The notes under the pieces: generated by a model
Database searches by the model: none
What the model was told of the DNA's origin: nothing
What the model saw: only the letters and a program-made list of their open reading frames with translations
Shown here: one piece after another, positions 38,097-50,082 of the stretch
How the letters are laid out: every line of letters starts with the position of its first letter
Position numbering within the stretch: position 1 is the first letter of the stretch
Translations under genes and position numbers: made by a program
Origin: Patescibacteria group bacterium
GTDB lineage: Bacteria > Patescibacteriota > Minisyncoccia > JACQLN01
NCBI GenBank assembly: GCA_038065095.1
Contig: JBBTRR010000006.1
Coordinates: 84,713 to 148,712, forward strand
Length of the DNA stretch: 64,000 nucleotides
Reading direction: 5' to 3'

Positions 38097-38188
38097 ATTA
38101 TTTTTATTTTAGCTTTCAGCTTTTAGCTTCACTAGCTTTTAGAATTTACTAACTAGCTAATGAAGCTAACAGCTAACGAAGCTGATTT

Positions 38189-38710
38189 TTATTTTTTACT
38201 AATTCCATCTAACACTCTCGCAAACCCACTCACCGGCGACATCAAAAGCTGAACAACTTGTGAAAGTAAAACCTCTCTTGTTGGTAATTGAGCCAAACTT
38301 ATAACTGCATTCTTTAACATCTTCTCCCCCATTAAGAACCCGCCCAGTATTGCTAATTTCTTTGTTTGCAGAGAAAACTTATAAACAATTTTTGCCATAA
38401 CTGCATCTAATTCGCCACTTGTGGTAGACGAACCACTTGTGGTGAGCGGAGCCGAACCATAAACTATTGCAACTGAATTTTTATGGTCCGAGAAATCCAT
38501 TTCCTCTCTACCTGATTTCTTAAAAGCAAAAGTTAAAAGAGATTTTTTAAGCGCTTTAAACTTTATACCTTCTTTTTTTAGATCTTTCTTTAAAGCTATA
38601 ATTTCGCCCATATTTAAAGCAGAAAAATCAACAAAAAGAATACTGGCATTATTTTTTAATATATCGGCTAACTCTTCTACTAACTTTATTTTTTGAGCTT
38701 TTGTTAACAT
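38189..38710 (-). CDS. rplJ: 50S ribosomal protein L10 with a short repeat-derived insert
   Basis: TKAQK, LAQLPTREVLL; directly upstream of rplL. Confidence 0.92.
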   Translation of the reverse strand: MLTKAQKIKLVEELADILKNNASILFVDFSALNMGEIIALKKDLKKEGIKFKALKKSLLTFAFKKSGREEMDFSDHKNSVAIVYGSAPLTTSGSSTTSGELDAVMAKIVYKFSLQTKKLAILGGFLMGEKMLKNAVISLAQLPTREVLLSQVVQLLMSPVSGFARVLDGISKK

Positions 38711-38987
38711 AATAATAAGTTTTCGCTAATATACTAATTTGCACGAATATAGCTAATAAAAACGCTCCGCAGCTTGCGGAGCGAAAAAACCCATAAGTAA
38801 AGGTTTTTGTTCGCTCGACGGGACTTAACTTTAACGCCCGTTTTCTACGCAAACTTAAGGTGTTGCAATACTAGCACAAGGGACTAAAGCAGGTCAAGAT
38901 TAGCTGCATTAGCTTCATTAGCTTGTTAGCTGGTTAGGAAATTCCTAAAAACTAAAGAAGCTGAAAGCTAACGAAGCTAATTATAAG

Positions 38988-41900
38988 CTATTCTCTAAAC
39001 CCCGTACCGGCAGGAATTAATCGGCCTACTATAACATTTTCCTTTAAGCCTCTTAAGCCATCTTCTTTAGCTTCAATAGCAGCATTTATTAAACTACGAG
39101 CTGTTTCTTGGAATGACGCGGCGGAAAGGAAACTTTCTGTAGTTAATGACACCTTAGTTATACCCAACAATAATTGTTCATATGTAGCCTTTTTCATCTT
39201 TCCCCCCCCTTGCCCCGAGCTTGTCGAGGGATTTTTATCCACCTTGTCCAACTTGGCATTTTCAGACCAAACCTGCCATTTCTCGGAAACTTCACCTGGT
39301 AAAAGCTTGGTATCACCTGGATCTAAAATTCTTACGCGTGACAACATTTGTCGCGCAATAACTTCTAAATATTTTTCGTTAATAGAAGCGCCTTGAGTAA
39401 CATAAATAGTCTCAACTTCTTTTACAATGTAACGCTCCACAGCTTCTTGCCCAGCTAAAGCGAATAAATCTTGTAGGTTTAAATTACCTTCCGAAATTTG
39501 CGAGCCCTTAGCAATCAAATCGCCTTTTTCAACAAATACACTCACATTCACCGGTAAACTATATTCTTTAATATCATCTTTGCCAGATTTTGTTTCAACT
39601 CTAATTTTAATTATTTTTTGATTACCCTGCGAAGAAACTTCTTCTACCTTGCCATCGTATTCCGAAATTATAGCCTGTCCCTTTGGCGGACGAACCTCAA
39701 AAACTTCTTCTACACGAGGCAAACCCTGTGTAATGTCGGAAACTCCAGCCACACCTCCAACATGAAAAGTTCTCATGGTAAGCTGTGTGCCTGGTTCACC
39801 AATAGCTTGAGCCGTTACAATACCCACCGCCTCACCCATTTTTACCAAAGAGTTTGAACCAAGATCGTAACCAAAACATTTAGCACAAATTCCTTTAATA
39901 CTTTTACACCTTAAGACTGAACGTAATTTAAGTTGTTTAAGTTCGGCATCATCAATTTTTTTAGCTTGATCACGATTAACAAGTTCGTTCTTTTTTACAA
40001 TAACTTTACCAGAAGAATTTTTTATATCTTCGGCCACCGCGCGTCCCAAAGCCCTCTCACCCAAAGACATTTTAATATCATCACCATCTTCCTTATATTT
40101 AATTACGCCTTCGGTGTCGCCACAATCATCTTCGCGCACCACAACATCTTGGGCTACATCCACCAAACGACGAGTTAAATAACCAGCCGCCGCAGTCTTT
40201 AAAGCAGTGTCGGTTGTACCTTTTCTAGCACCGTGCGTAGAAATAAAATATTCCAAAACATTAAAACCTTCTTTAAACGATGGGATAATTGGCAGTTCGA
40301 TGGTTTCTCCAGCGGGGTTAATAACCACACCTTTCATACCAGCCATCTGAGTTAACTGACTAATGTTACCACGCGAACCCGAATCAAAAATCATAAATAC
40401 TGGGTTCGCTTTATGCATTGTTGGCGGAACTAATTTAGCAATTTGTTCTTTGGTTTTATGCCAAACAGAGATAGATTTTGATTTTCTTTCTTCCAAAGTT
40501 AAAAGACCGTGCATAAAGTGTTCACGAATTTTTTCTACCTCCTTCATAGCCACCGCTATAATAGCTTCCTTTTCTTCTGGAACTATAATATCGTTCATGC
40601 CCCAAGAAATTCCACTGCGTGTTGAATAATCAAAACCAAGATCTTTAATATCGTCCAACATTTTAACAACTTCTGGTTGAGGAAAATTCTGAATAACCTC
40701 GCTGGTTAGTTTAACCAACTTTTTACGGTTCATTGTTTCGTTAATATAAGGAACTTCTTTTGGTAAAATTTTATTAAACAAAATTCTACCAACCGATGTT
40801 TCCATAAATTCTCCACCAGATTTGGCAAATCTAACTTTTATTTTTGCGCGTAAATCTACTTCGTTAAAATCGTAAGCTAAAATAGCCTCATTAGCCGAAC
40901 CAAATGTTTTACCTGCCCCTTTTAATCCCGTTCCACCCTTTTCTCCCGTTTCCCCCTCTGATGTCATCCAGTAAATTCCAAGAACCATATCTTTTTGCGG
41001 ATCCACAATAGCTTCGCCGGTAGAAGGTTTTAACAAGTTTTTAGACGAAAGCATTATTTCCTTAGCTTCTTTTTGAGCTATATCGGAAAGTGGCAAGTGC
41101 ACGGCCATTTGGTCGCCGTCAAAATCGGCATTAAAAGCTTGGCACACCAAAGGATGAACTTGGATAGCAGAACCCTCGATCAATATAGGTTGAAAAGCCT
41201 GAATACCTAAACGGTGCAATGTTGGCGCGCGGTTAAGCAAAATAACTCTATCGGCAATTACTTCTTCTAAAGATTCCCAAACAATATCAACCTCGTCTTC
41301 TATTAAGCGTGAAGCGTTACGGATATTGGAAGCCACTTCTTTTTGGTAAATAAGTTTATGAATAACAAATGGTTTAAAAATTTCTAAAGCCATTCTCTTA
41401 GGTAACCCAGCTTGATGAAGTTTCAAACCAGGACCCACCACAATAACCGAACGACCAGAATAATCCACGCGTTTACCCAAAAGGTTTTGACGGAATCGGC
41501 CTTGCTTACCTTTCAACATATCGGCGAGAGATTTGAGAGCGCGCTTACCACCACCAGCCGTAGTCGCTGTAGGTTCACTGCCACGATGTGCCGAATTATC
41601 TATTAGCGCATCCACCGCTTCCTGCAACATTCTTTTTTCGTTTCTAACAATAACTTCTGGAGATTTGAGTTCTATAAGTTTCTTTAAACGATTATTACGG
41701 TTAATAACACGCCTGTATAAATCATTAACATCAGAAGTAGCATATCTACCACCATCTAATGGAACCATTGGGCGTAAATCTGGCGGAATAACAGGTAGAA
41801 CCGAAATAAACATCCACTCTGGGCGAAGTTTATTTCTACTTAAAGATTCAACCAGCCTTAAACGACGCAATATTTTCTTTTTATCGCCGGTTTCGTCTAT

Positions 41901-42632
41901 GTCTCCTAATTTCTTTAAAACTTCATTCTTAAGTGCTTCTAAATCCATTTGTTCAAAAATTCTTCTAACAGCCTCGGCGCCAATATCAGCTTTAAAAACT
42001 TCGCCATATTTTACCGAAAGATCATAATATTGAGCTTCGGAAATAACCTGAAATTTTTTAATTTTATTTAACTCATCTACCGCAGTATCACGTAACGATT
42101 TAAGTTCACGCTGACCGCCTTTAGTTGTTTGAAGTTTTAATTTGGTTTTATATTCTTTCTCTATTTCGGATAAAACATTTAAGCGAGCTTCTTCATCTAC
42201 TTCTATTATTATATAAGCTGCAAAATAAATTACTTTTTCTAATTCTTGAACACCCAGATTAAGCAATAAACCCATTTTTGATGGTAAACCGCGTAAAAAC
42301 CAAATATGGCTAACCGGCGCCGCCAAAGTTATATGCCCCATTCTTTCACGCCTAACAATGGCCCGAGTTACCTCTACTCCGCATTTATCGCAAACAATAC
42401 CCTTATATCTTATACGGCGATATTTTCCGCAATAACATTCCCAATCTTTGGTAGGGCCAAAAATCGCTTCCGAAAATAAACCTTCTTTTTCGGGTTTTTG
42501 GGTGCGGTAATTTATGGTTTCTGGTTTTATAACTTCGCCATAAGACCAGCCCAAAATATCGTCGGGCGAAGCCAAACGTATTCTTATAGCTTTAAAATCT
42601 TTTAAATTTGGTGGAATGGATGTTTTTGGCAT
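38988..42632 (-). CDS. rpoC: RNA polymerase beta' subunit
   Basis: NADFDGDQM, zinc finger CYCGKY, GEPGTQLTMRTFH. Confidence 0.99.
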   Translation of the reverse strand: MPKTSIPPNLKDFKAIRIRLASPDDILGWSYGEVIKPETINYRTQKPEKEGLFSEAIFGPTKDWECYCGKYRRIRYKGIVCDKCGVEVTRAIVRRERMGHITLAAPVSHIWFLRGLPSKMGLLLNLGVQELEKVIYFAAYIIIEVDEEARLNVLSEIEKEYKTKLKLQTTKGGQRELKSLRDTAVDELNKIKKFQVISEAQYYDLSVKYGEVFKADIGAEAVRRIFEQMDLEALKNEVLKKLGDIDETGDKKKILRRLRLVESLSRNKLRPEWMFISVLPVIPPDLRPMVPLDGGRYATSDVNDLYRRVINRNNRLKKLIELKSPEVIVRNEKRMLQEAVDALIDNSAHRGSEPTATTAGGGKRALKSLADMLKGKQGRFRQNLLGKRVDYSGRSVIVVGPGLKLHQAGLPKRMALEIFKPFVIHKLIYQKEVASNIRNASRLIEDEVDIVWESLEEVIADRVILLNRAPTLHRLGIQAFQPILIEGSAIQVHPLVCQAFNADFDGDQMAVHLPLSDIAQKEAKEIMLSSKNLLKPSTGEAIVDPQKDMVLGIYWMTSEGETGEKGGTGLKGAGKTFGSANEAILAYDFNEVDLRAKIKVRFAKSGGEFMETSVGRILFNKILPKEVPYINETMNRKKLVKLTSEVIQNFPQPEVVKMLDDIKDLGFDYSTRSGISWGMNDIIVPEEKEAIIAVAMKEVEKIREHFMHGLLTLEERKSKSISVWHKTKEQIAKLVPPTMHKANPVFMIFDSGSRGNISQLTQMAGMKGVVINPAGETIELPIIPSFKEGFNVLEYFISTHGARKGTTDTALKTAAAGYLTRRLVDVAQDVVVREDDCGDTEGVIKYKEDGDDIKMSLGERALGRAVAEDIKNSSGKVIVKKNELVNRDQAKKIDDAELKQLKLRSVLRCKSIKGICAKCFGYDLGSNSLVKMGEAVGIVTAQAIGEPGTQLTMRTFHVGGVAGVSDITQGLPRVEEVFEVRPPKGQAIISEYDGKVEEVSSQGNQKIIKIRVETKSGKDDIKEYSLPVNVSVFVEKGDLIAKGSQISEGNLNLQDLFALAGQEAVERYIVKEVETIYVTQGASINEKYLEVIARQMLSRVRILDPGDTKLLPGEVSEKWQVWSENAKLDKVDKNPSTSSGQGGGKMKKATYEQLLLGITKVSLTTESFLSAASFQETARSLINAAIEAKEDGLRGLKENVIVGRLIPAGTGFRE

Positions 42633-42719
42633 GTGTTAGCTTTTAGCTTTCAGCTTCTTTAGTTTTTAGGTCTAACCTAACAAGCTAATGAAGCTAACGA
42701 AGCTAATTTTTACAGGCTT

Positions 42720-45700
42720 TTAACTTTCTATTTTGAATTCTTCTTTTATATTTTCTCTAATTTCACTGGGCGGGAGGACCTCTTCCCCGATAAGTTCTAC
42801 GTTAAGCCCCAAGCCTTTCATTTCATTTACCAAAACAAAAAATGAAGCTGGAATATTAGGAGTTCTAATTGTCTCTCCCTTAATAATACTTTCGTAAGCA
42901 TAACCACGGCCAACCACATCGTCCGATTTAATCGTTAACATTTCCTGCAAAATATTGGCAGCGCCATAACCTTCCAAAGCCCAAACTTCCATTTCTCCAA
43001 ACCTCTGACCACCAAATTGAGCTTTACCGCCCAAAGGTTGTTGAGTAATAAGCGAGTATGGCCCAATAGAACGCATATGCAACTTGTCTTCAACCAAGTG
43101 GTTAAGTTTCATCATATAAATAATTCCCACTGTAACTGTTTGAGAAAACCTTTCGCCTGTTTTACCATCGTGTAAAACTACTTTACCATCTTCGGGTAAA
43201 CCAGCCTCTTTAAGTTCGGCTCTAATTTCGTCTTCAGTAGCGCCCGCCAAAGCTGGCGTAGCCGCCCTTATGCCTTTGGCTTTCATAGCCCAACCCAAAT
43301 GAGTTTCTAAAATTTGACCAATGTTCATACGACTAGCCACACCTAATGGATTTAAAATAATATCTACACTTCGGCCATCTTCCATATACGGCATTTCTTC
43401 TTCTGGTAAAATCATAGAAATAACACCTTTGTTGCCGTGTCTACCGGCTAATTTATCGCCTACTGAAACTTTTCTGTATTCTGCAACTTCTACTTGAATT
43501 GTTTTTATAACGCCAGCCGGAAGTTTATGACCTTTATCACGTTCAAAAATTTTAATACCAACTATTCTACCCATTTTGCCGTGGGGTAAATGCAACGAGG
43601 CGTCTTTAACATCGCGAGCTTTTTCACCAAATATGGCACGCAATAATCTTTCTTCGGCGGTAAGATCGGCTTCACCTTTAGGAGAAATCTTGCCCACTAA
43701 AATATCGCCTTGACCCACTTCGGCACCAATGCGCACAATACCTTCTTCGTCTAAATCTTTTAATTTTTCTTCGGAAACATTGGGAATATCGGGCGTAGTA
43801 ATTTCTGGTCCAAGTTTTGTTTCGCGCACATCTATAGAATAACTTTCAATGTGAATGGAGGAAAAAATATCTTGCTGTACAATTTTTTCCGAAAGTATAA
43901 TAGCGTCTTCAAAGTTTCCGCCACGCCAACTCATAAAAGCTACTGTTAAATTTTGACCCAAAGCCAAAGCGCCATCTTCGGTAGAAATACCATCAGCTAA
44001 AACTTCGCCTTTTTTAAACTTGGCTCCTTTGGACAGGCGAGGAAATTGGTTTAAAGAAGTATATTGGTTGGAACGCACAAAATTATGCAAATTATATTCT
44101 ACTATTTCGCCACCGCCCTTAACTGTTTCGGTATGAATAATTTTAAGCTCACCCCGCATCTTATCCTTAACCGACTTTACATATTTAACCTTAATTCTTT
44201 TACCATCTACAGCTTCAATTTCTCCGTCTTCTTCAGCTAAAATTACATAACCCGAATCCTGCACAGCTCTTTCTTCGGCGCCGGTGCCAACCAAAGGCAC
44301 TTGCGGTTTTACACAAGGCACAGCTTGGCGTTGCATATTAGAACCCATCAAAGCACGGTTAGCATCGTCATGCTCCAAGAAAGGAATAAGCGAGGTGGCG
44401 ATACTAATAATTTGTTGAGGTGAAACATCCATCAACTGAACTTTATTTTTTTCAACTAACGTCGGTTCGGTCAAATGGCGAACCTGAACAAGTTCGTCTA
44501 AAAAATTACCTTCGGCATTAACCTTAACTCCGCCGTGAGCAATATAATATTGCTCTTCGTCTAAAGCGTTAAGATATTTTATTTCGTCGGTTATTTTTCC
44601 ATTTTTAATAACCCTGTATGGAGTTTCTATAAATCCAAATTCATTTAATCTGGCATACGAAGCAAAATATTCTACCAAACCAATGTTTGGCCCTTCTGGT
44701 GTTTCAATAGGACAAATTCTGCCGTAGTGCGAAGTATGCACATCGCGAACTTCAAAACCAGCTCTTTCGCGAGCCAAACCCCCAGGCCCTAATGCGGAAA
44801 GACGGCGCTTGTGTTCCAATTCCGCCAAAGGATTTACTTGATCCATAAACTGCGACAACTGCGAAGAAGCAAAAAATTCTTTTACTACCGCAATAAGCGG
44901 GCGGGCGTTTATAAGCTGGGCTGGTGTAATTGTAGTTACATCCAGCGTAGACATTCTGTCTTTAGCAATTCTTTCTAAACGTGCAAAACCTAATCTTAAT
45001 CTTTGCTGAACCAACTCGCCCATAGCGCGAACTCGGCGATTGCCTAAATGGTCAATGTCGTCGGCTTTAGGAGGTTGTTCGTTATTTAATTTTATTATTT
45101 GAGAAATAATAGCTACCAAATCTGCTATATGCAAAACTCTGTCGCTGGAATTTTTATTTAAATCTTTTTCTTTAAGAAAAGATTTATGCTTGGCATCTTC
45201 TCCATCTCTTATAGCTTGTAATCTTTGTTCCATTTTCCATCGGCCAACTTCGGACAGATCGTATCTAGAACTACCAAACATAGCGTCTATTAAACTCTTG
45301 GCATTTTCGGCGGTAGCCATATCGCCTGGGCGAATACGTTTATATACCTCTATGTAAGCATCGCTCTGATTCTTTGCAATGTCTTTAGCTAAGGTATTTT
45401 TTATATAAGAAACATCAACCGATGTATCGTGCTTTTTAAAAGCATTTATTATATCTTCATCCTCTACCAAACCAAAAATTCTAAACAAAGAAGAGACAGG
45501 GACTTTACGTTTCCTATCTATTTTTACAGAAATTATTCCATCAAAATCAGTTTCAAATTCTAACCAAGCGCCTCGGTTAGGTATAATCTTAGCGCCAAAT
45601 TGATTTTTATTTTTTGGATTTTGAACAGTAAAGAAAACACCCGAAGAACGTATCAACTGCGAAACAATAACCCTCTCTACGCCGTTAATAATAAAGGTGC

Positions 45701-46040
45701 CACGAGAAGTCATTAAAGGAAAATCACCCAAGTAAATTTCTTGTTCCTTTATTTCGCCAGTATGTTTATTTTTTAATCTAGCTTTTAATCTTAGGGGAGC
45801 TTCGTAAGAAGTAAGATGTTCTCTGGACTGGTCTTGAGAATATTTTGGTTCATCAAAATAGTAGTCGCCAAAAGAAAGCTCTAAATTGCTTCCGGTATAA
45901 TCTTCTATAGGAGAAACTTCTTGAAATATTTCGGCAAGCCCCTTACTCAAAAACCATTTATATGAGTTTATTTGAACCTCTAAAAGGTTGGGTAGCGGGA
46001 ATGGTTTGTACTTATACGAGGAGAAGATTTTTTTCTTCAT
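42720..46040 (-). CDS. rpoB: RNA polymerase beta subunit
   Basis: [30 protein letters not shown]. Confidence 0.99.
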   Translation of the reverse strand: MKKKIFSSYKYKPFPLPNLLEVQINSYKWFLSKGLAEIFQEVSPIEDYTGSNLELSFGDYYFDEPKYSQDQSREHLTSYEAPLRLKARLKNKHTGEIKEQEIYLGDFPLMTSRGTFIINGVERVIVSQLIRSSGVFFTVQNPKNKNQFGAKIIPNRGAWLEFETDFDGIISVKIDRKRKVPVSSLFRIFGLVEDEDIINAFKKHDTSVDVSYIKNTLAKDIAKNQSDAYIEVYKRIRPGDMATAENAKSLIDAMFGSSRYDLSEVGRWKMEQRLQAIRDGEDAKHKSFLKEKDLNKNSSDRVLHIADLVAIISQIIKLNNEQPPKADDIDHLGNRRVRAMGELVQQRLRLGFARLERIAKDRMSTLDVTTITPAQLINARPLIAVVKEFFASSQLSQFMDQVNPLAELEHKRRLSALGPGGLARERAGFEVRDVHTSHYGRICPIETPEGPNIGLVEYFASYARLNEFGFIETPYRVIKNGKITDEIKYLNALDEEQYYIAHGGVKVNAEGNFLDELVQVRHLTEPTLVEKNKVQLMDVSPQQIISIATSLIPFLEHDDANRALMGSNMQRQAVPCVKPQVPLVGTGAEERAVQDSGYVILAEEDGEIEAVDGKRIKVKYVKSVKDKMRGELKIIHTETVKGGGEIVEYNLHNFVRSNQYTSLNQFPRLSKGAKFKKGEVLADGISTEDGALALGQNLTVAFMSWRGGNFEDAIILSEKIVQQDIFSSIHIESYSIDVRETKLGPEITTPDIPNVSEEKLKDLDEEGIVRIGAEVGQGDILVGKISPKGEADLTAEERLLRAIFGEKARDVKDASLHLPHGKMGRIVGIKIFERDKGHKLPAGVIKTIQVEVAEYRKVSVGDKLAGRHGNKGVISMILPEEEMPYMEDGRSVDIILNPLGVASRMNIGQILETHLGWAMKAKGIRAATPALAGATEDEIRAELKEAGLPEDGKVVLHDGKTGERFSQTVTVGIIYMMKLNHLVEDKLHMRSIGPYSLITQQPLGGKAQFGGQRFGEMEVWALEGYGAANILQEMLTIKSDDVVGRGYAYESIIKGETIRTPNIPASFFVLVNEMKGLGLNVELIGEEVLPPSEIRENIKEEFKIES

Positions 46041-46278
46041 AAATATTTTTTCCAATATTACCTATTTACAAAACCAAAAAACAGACACAAAAAATCCCAA
46101 CACCCATTGGGTTTATCAAGGTGTGTCTATTAACACTCTCTGCTTTTTGACGCGAGAGCCGAATAATTCATTTATATTTCTCTCCCACAGCTATTAGACT
46201 GCGGGTATTTCGATGTTCTGCAAAAACTTGCAAAACTCCCAAGATTTAATATCAATACCAGTATAATCTGTAAAGTGC

Positions 46279-47406
46279 TTACGAGTCAAGTAGCACCATA
46301 TCCCTATCGGATCCTTTATAGTATATCCTTGCCTTCATAGCTTGAACTATACCCACGCCAACACACAAACTTACCAAATTAGAGCCCCCGTTTGAAACAA
46401 AAGACAAAGGAATACCTGTAATAGGCAAAAAACCTAGGTTTGCACCTATATTTATAACAAAATGAGTGCTTAAAACAACAACTATACCTGCTATAAACAG
46501 CTTAGAAAAGTTATCCGAAGCTAATAATATATTCCTATAAAACCTATAGAATATTATAAACCAACCCAACATAAGTGTGCCTATACCCAAAAGACCAAGT
46601 TCTTCGCCTATGGCAGCAAATATAAAATCAGTCTCATATTCGGGTAAAAACCCAAGGCGTGTTTCGGTGCCCCTACCTATACCCTTACCAAATAGCCCTC
46701 CGGAACCTATAGCTATCATAGCTTGCCTACTTTGATAAGAACCTCCCAAAGGGTCTCTGTCTGGATAAATAAAACTAGTTATTCTATTTTTTTGGTAATC
46801 GGCTAAACCATAATTCCACATAGCGAGCATAGCTATTAAAACTAAAAACACTATCGCCAGCACCTGTTGTGTTTTAATTCCAGCGAGTAGTATCATGCCA
46901 AACCACAAAACCAAAAGTATAACTGCCGAACCTAAGTCTGGATGTATAAGCACTAGCCCGGCTGGAATGCCAGCATATAAAAAAGAAATAATTATATTTT
47001 TCCACCTATGAAGCTCTATAAAACGGGAAGAAAAATATTTTGCTAAAACTGCAACTAAAATAATCTTAACCAGCTCCACTGGTTCAAAATTAAAAACACC
47101 AAACCTAAACCAACTGGTTACCCCTCTAACTTTAGCTCCAATAGCAAAAAGAATAAAAAGTAAAACTAAGCCGAAAGCGTAAATAGCAATTGTAAAAAAA
47201 GAGTTTTCTTTTAATATTCTCCAATCAAAAAAACTTAAAGCTAAAATTAATATAAATCCAAACGAACCAAAAATTAACTGACGCCAAAAAATCTGACGAC
47301 TTTCGGCGCTACCATAAAAAATTAAAAGTCCCATTACAAAAACCAAAGCCAGAGCACCTAGTAATACCCAATCTAAACGTTTTAAGTGAGAAAATAAACC
47401 TATCAT
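46279..47406 (-). CDS. rodA: SEDS protein RodA/FtsW
   Basis: HPDLGSA, AIGSGGLFGKG, LPEYETDFIF, LPITGIPL. Confidence 0.88.
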   Translation of the reverse strand: MIGLFSHLKRLDWVLLGALALVFVMGLLIFYGSAESRQIFWRQLIFGSFGFILILALSFFDWRILKENSFFTIAIYAFGLVLLFILFAIGAKVRGVTSWFRFGVFNFEPVELVKIILVAVLAKYFSSRFIELHRWKNIIISFLYAGIPAGLVLIHPDLGSAVILLVLWFGMILLAGIKTQQVLAIVFLVLIAMLAMWNYGLADYQKNRITSFIYPDRDPLGGSYQSRQAMIAIGSGGLFGKGIGRGTETRLGFLPEYETDFIFAAIGEELGLLGIGTLMLGWFIIFYRFYRNILLASDNFSKLFIAGIVVVLSTHFVINIGANLGFLPITGIPLSFVSNGGSNLVSLCVGVGIVQAMKARIYYKGSDRDMVLLDS

Positions 47407-47409
47407 AGG

Positions 47410-48180
47410 TCATATAAGTCCCATAGGACCTATTTTTTCTTGTGCGGCTTCGCGGTATTTACAAAAATCACAATCTTCACCAGTTTCTGGAATAGTTGGA
47501 GACATTAAGCATTTATGTAGATCTAAAATAACTTGTTCTATCCAATTATCATTGCCTTGGTAAGCTAAAACAGAAATATCAAACTCTAATTTAGAATCAA
47601 AAGCTTCGGCATCGGTCTTACCATTACAATAAACAAAATAAGCGGTATTGCTAACATTAAAATTGTTCCGCCTAAAAAGCCATTGGTAAATCTCTACCTG
47701 TCTTTTATAACCTATTTGCCAATCGGCATCTAAATTAACATCGCCATCTTTAGAAGTTGCTTTGTAATCAACAATAATAAACTCGCCCTTGGTATTTACC
47801 CAAACATCGTCCACGCCACCAGTTATAAACAAATTTGTTTTTGGATGCAAATATGTAATACCTCCGCTTAGCGCATCACGCCAATCATCCATTTGTGTGT
47901 GATTAAGCGGAACTGCTTCTATATTATAGCTTTTCATTAAAGGGTGTGCCGTGCCTTGGGCGCGATGAACATCAAACTCTTTTTTTAAAAGTTTATCCAC
48001 AGCGCTGTTTAAGCTAAACGGATACCCTGGCGGTTGGCTCACGCCCAAACGCCTATCTAAATAAAAACAGCGAGAGCAATTTAAAAACAAATCTATTTTA
48101 GAACGGCTTAAGCGAAAAGGTTGGGTTGATTTGGGATCAAATAAATTTCTAGCTCTTTTGGGATTATAGTATTTGGACAT
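47410..48180 (-). CDS. PD-(D/E)XK (Cas4/AddB-like) nuclease
   Basis: LSRSKIDLFLNC.RCFY; GGVDD...IVDYK; QVEIY; C-terminal CDFC. Confidence 0.8.
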   Translation of the reverse strand: MSKYYNPKRARNLFDPKSTQPFRLSRSKIDLFLNCSRCFYLDRRLGVSQPPGYPFSLNSAVDKLLKKEFDVHRAQGTAHPLMKSYNIEAVPLNHTQMDDWRDALSGGITYLHPKTNLFITGGVDDVWVNTKGEFIIVDYKATSKDGDVNLDADWQIGYKRQVEIYQWLFRRNNFNVSNTAYFVYCNGKTDAEAFDSKLEFDISVLAYQGNDNWIEQVILDLHKCLMSPTIPETGEDCDFCKYREAAQEKIGPMGLI

Positions 48181-48318
48181 AACAGAAACTATAAAACACA
48201 AAAGAACAAATTACAAACAGTTACCAAAAAACAATAAACAAAGTCTAGTTCTTGTGTTTTTTATTATTGTGTTTTATTTGTAATTTGTATATTGTGCTTT
48301 GTAATTTATAATATCATT

Positions 48319-49356
48319 ATGCGTCTTTTGATATATATTCTAATAATATTGTCGGCAGTAACTTTTTTTGTTTACAAACAAGAAAGTAATCTTCCCCTTT
48401 CTCCTGTTTCGCCCCCTTCCACCCCTTTGTATAAAACAGCCACATCTACACCAAATAATACTGCTTCCACAACTTCAACACCCCTTTCTCCCATTACCCC
48501 CATTTCTCCCTCTTTGATTAAACCCAAATCTCAACCGGTTTTAGATAAAAAAGCTATAGATTTAATCCAACAAAAAATAAACGAAACCCCTCCCGCACCC
48601 CTTCCTCCCATTTCTGCCCCTTTGACTCAATCTGCCCTGCCACCCAGACTAAGCCAACAAGTGCTTTACGACAAAGCTGTTTCACGCGTGGTTAACTTTT
48701 TTTGCGAATACAATAACGGAGTAGAAACAGCTTCGGGTGTAATAATAAGTTCTAATGGCTATATTTTAACCAACGCTCATGTGGCCGAAGCCTTTGTTAA
48801 TCAAAACTACGAATGTAAAATCCGCCAAGGCTCACCAGCCCGAAACATCGGCTACGCCAAAATTGTTATGTTTCCAAAAGCTTACACGAGTTCCGGCGGA
48901 AACAGTTGGGAAGGACACGCCAACGATGTTTCTATTTGGAAATTTACTCGTTCTGCAAACAGTGACGAAGCCTTGCCCAAAGAATTTCCATACTATTCTA
49001 TAGATCCAAATTATTTGCCTAAAAAAGATCAACCACTTGCCACCTTCAGTTATCCTGGTGAACTTTTAGGCTACGAAATATTGTTAAAAAGTTTAAATAT
49101 GCTTTTTGGCGAAACAATAGTTAACGATTTTAATGCCGACTTTATTGCTTCGGGAATGAGCTTGTCTTCGCAATCAGGTTCCTCGGGTGGAATCTTGGTT
49201 GATATTTATACCAATAATTTTGCCGGTTTAATTTTTGGAGTTACCACCGACACCTCTATAAACCAACGCAAACTTTTTTCTCTTTCCCCTTACGCGGTTA
49301 ACCAAGTGGTTAAAAATGAAACAGGTTTTAACTTGGTGGATTTCCTAAATCAATAA
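48319..49356 (+). CDS. Membrane-anchored trypsin-like serine protease
   Basis: ASGVII...ILTNAHV and GSSGG catalytic motifs; N-terminal TM. Confidence 0.85.
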   Translation: MRLLIYILIILSAVTFFVYKQESNLPLSPVSPPSTPLYKTATSTPNNTASTTSTPLSPITPISPSLIKPKSQPVLDKKAIDLIQQKINETPPAPLPPISAPLTQSALPPRLSQQVLYDKAVSRVVNFFCEYNNGVETASGVIISSNGYILTNAHVAEAFVNQNYECKIRQGSPARNIGYAKIVMFPKAYTSSGGNSWEGHANDVSIWKFTRSANSDEALPKEFPYYSIDPNYLPKKDQPLATFSYPGELLGYEILLKSLNMLFGETIVNDFNADFIASGMSLSSQSGSSGGILVDIYTNNFAGLIFGVTTDTSINQRKLFSLSPYAVNQVVKNETGFNLVDFLNQ

Positions 49357-49430
49357 ACTAGTGCAATTAACCAAGGCTAAACCTTGGAGAAATTCGTTAT
49401 ATAATTCTAAGATTCTCCTAAACTTTTAAC

Positions 49431-49464
49431 GTATCACGAGCTTACGATCGTAAGCTCGTGATAC
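49431..49464. repeat. Perfect 34-bp palindrome
   Basis: gtatcacgagcttacgatcgtaagctcgtgatac. Confidence 0.95.
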
Positions 49465-49509
49465 TCTCATGATACAATTACGATAATTGGTGATTAAATA
49501 AAATGAGTT

Positions 49510-50082
49510 ATGTCTAATTTTGGAAAGAAAATAAAAAGATTAGGTCCCAATCAACAAAAAACATTGCTACTAATTTTTGCGGGCATAGGCTTAAGTTTTG
49601 CCAGAACCCCCAAACAATACTTCCGAATTTTGCGAGAAATACCAAAGGAATGGAAGGAAATTAATAAAAGATCTCTAGAAAGAGTTATTTATAATCTCTA
49701 CCAATCCAAACTTATCCGCGAACACGCCAATCCCGATGGTTCTTTAACTATGGTACTTACCGATAAAGGTAAGCAAAAGGTTATCACTTTTAATATAGAC
49801 AATATGGAAATAAAGAAACCTAAGGTCTGGGATAAAAAGTGGCGAATAGTATTGTTTGATATTCCAGAAAAGAAAAGGCAAGCTAGGGATGTGTTAAGAG
49901 AAGCCTTAAAAAGAATGAATTTTTATGAATATCAAAAAAGTGTTTTTATTCATCCTTATCCCTGCCAAGATGAAATAGATTATATAGTTGAATATTACGA
50001 AATCAGGCAATACGTGAGAATAGTTACTGCTACGGAGCTGGATAATGAGATACACTTAAGGAAGATATTCAACGTGTCTTGA
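49510..50082 (+). CDS. PaaX-like protein (wHTH plus Cas2-like domain)
   Basis: LTDKGK...WDKKWRIVLFDIPEKKR..RD.LR..LK...F...QKSVFI.PY. Confidence 0.8.
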   Translation: MSNFGKKIKRLGPNQQKTLLLIFAGIGLSFARTPKQYFRILREIPKEWKEINKRSLERVIYNLYQSKLIREHANPDGSLTMVLTDKGKQKVITFNIDNMEIKKPKVWDKKWRIVLFDIPEKKRQARDVLREALKRMNFYEYQKSVFIHPYPCQDEIDYIVEYYEIRQYVRIVTATELDNEIHLRKIFNVS

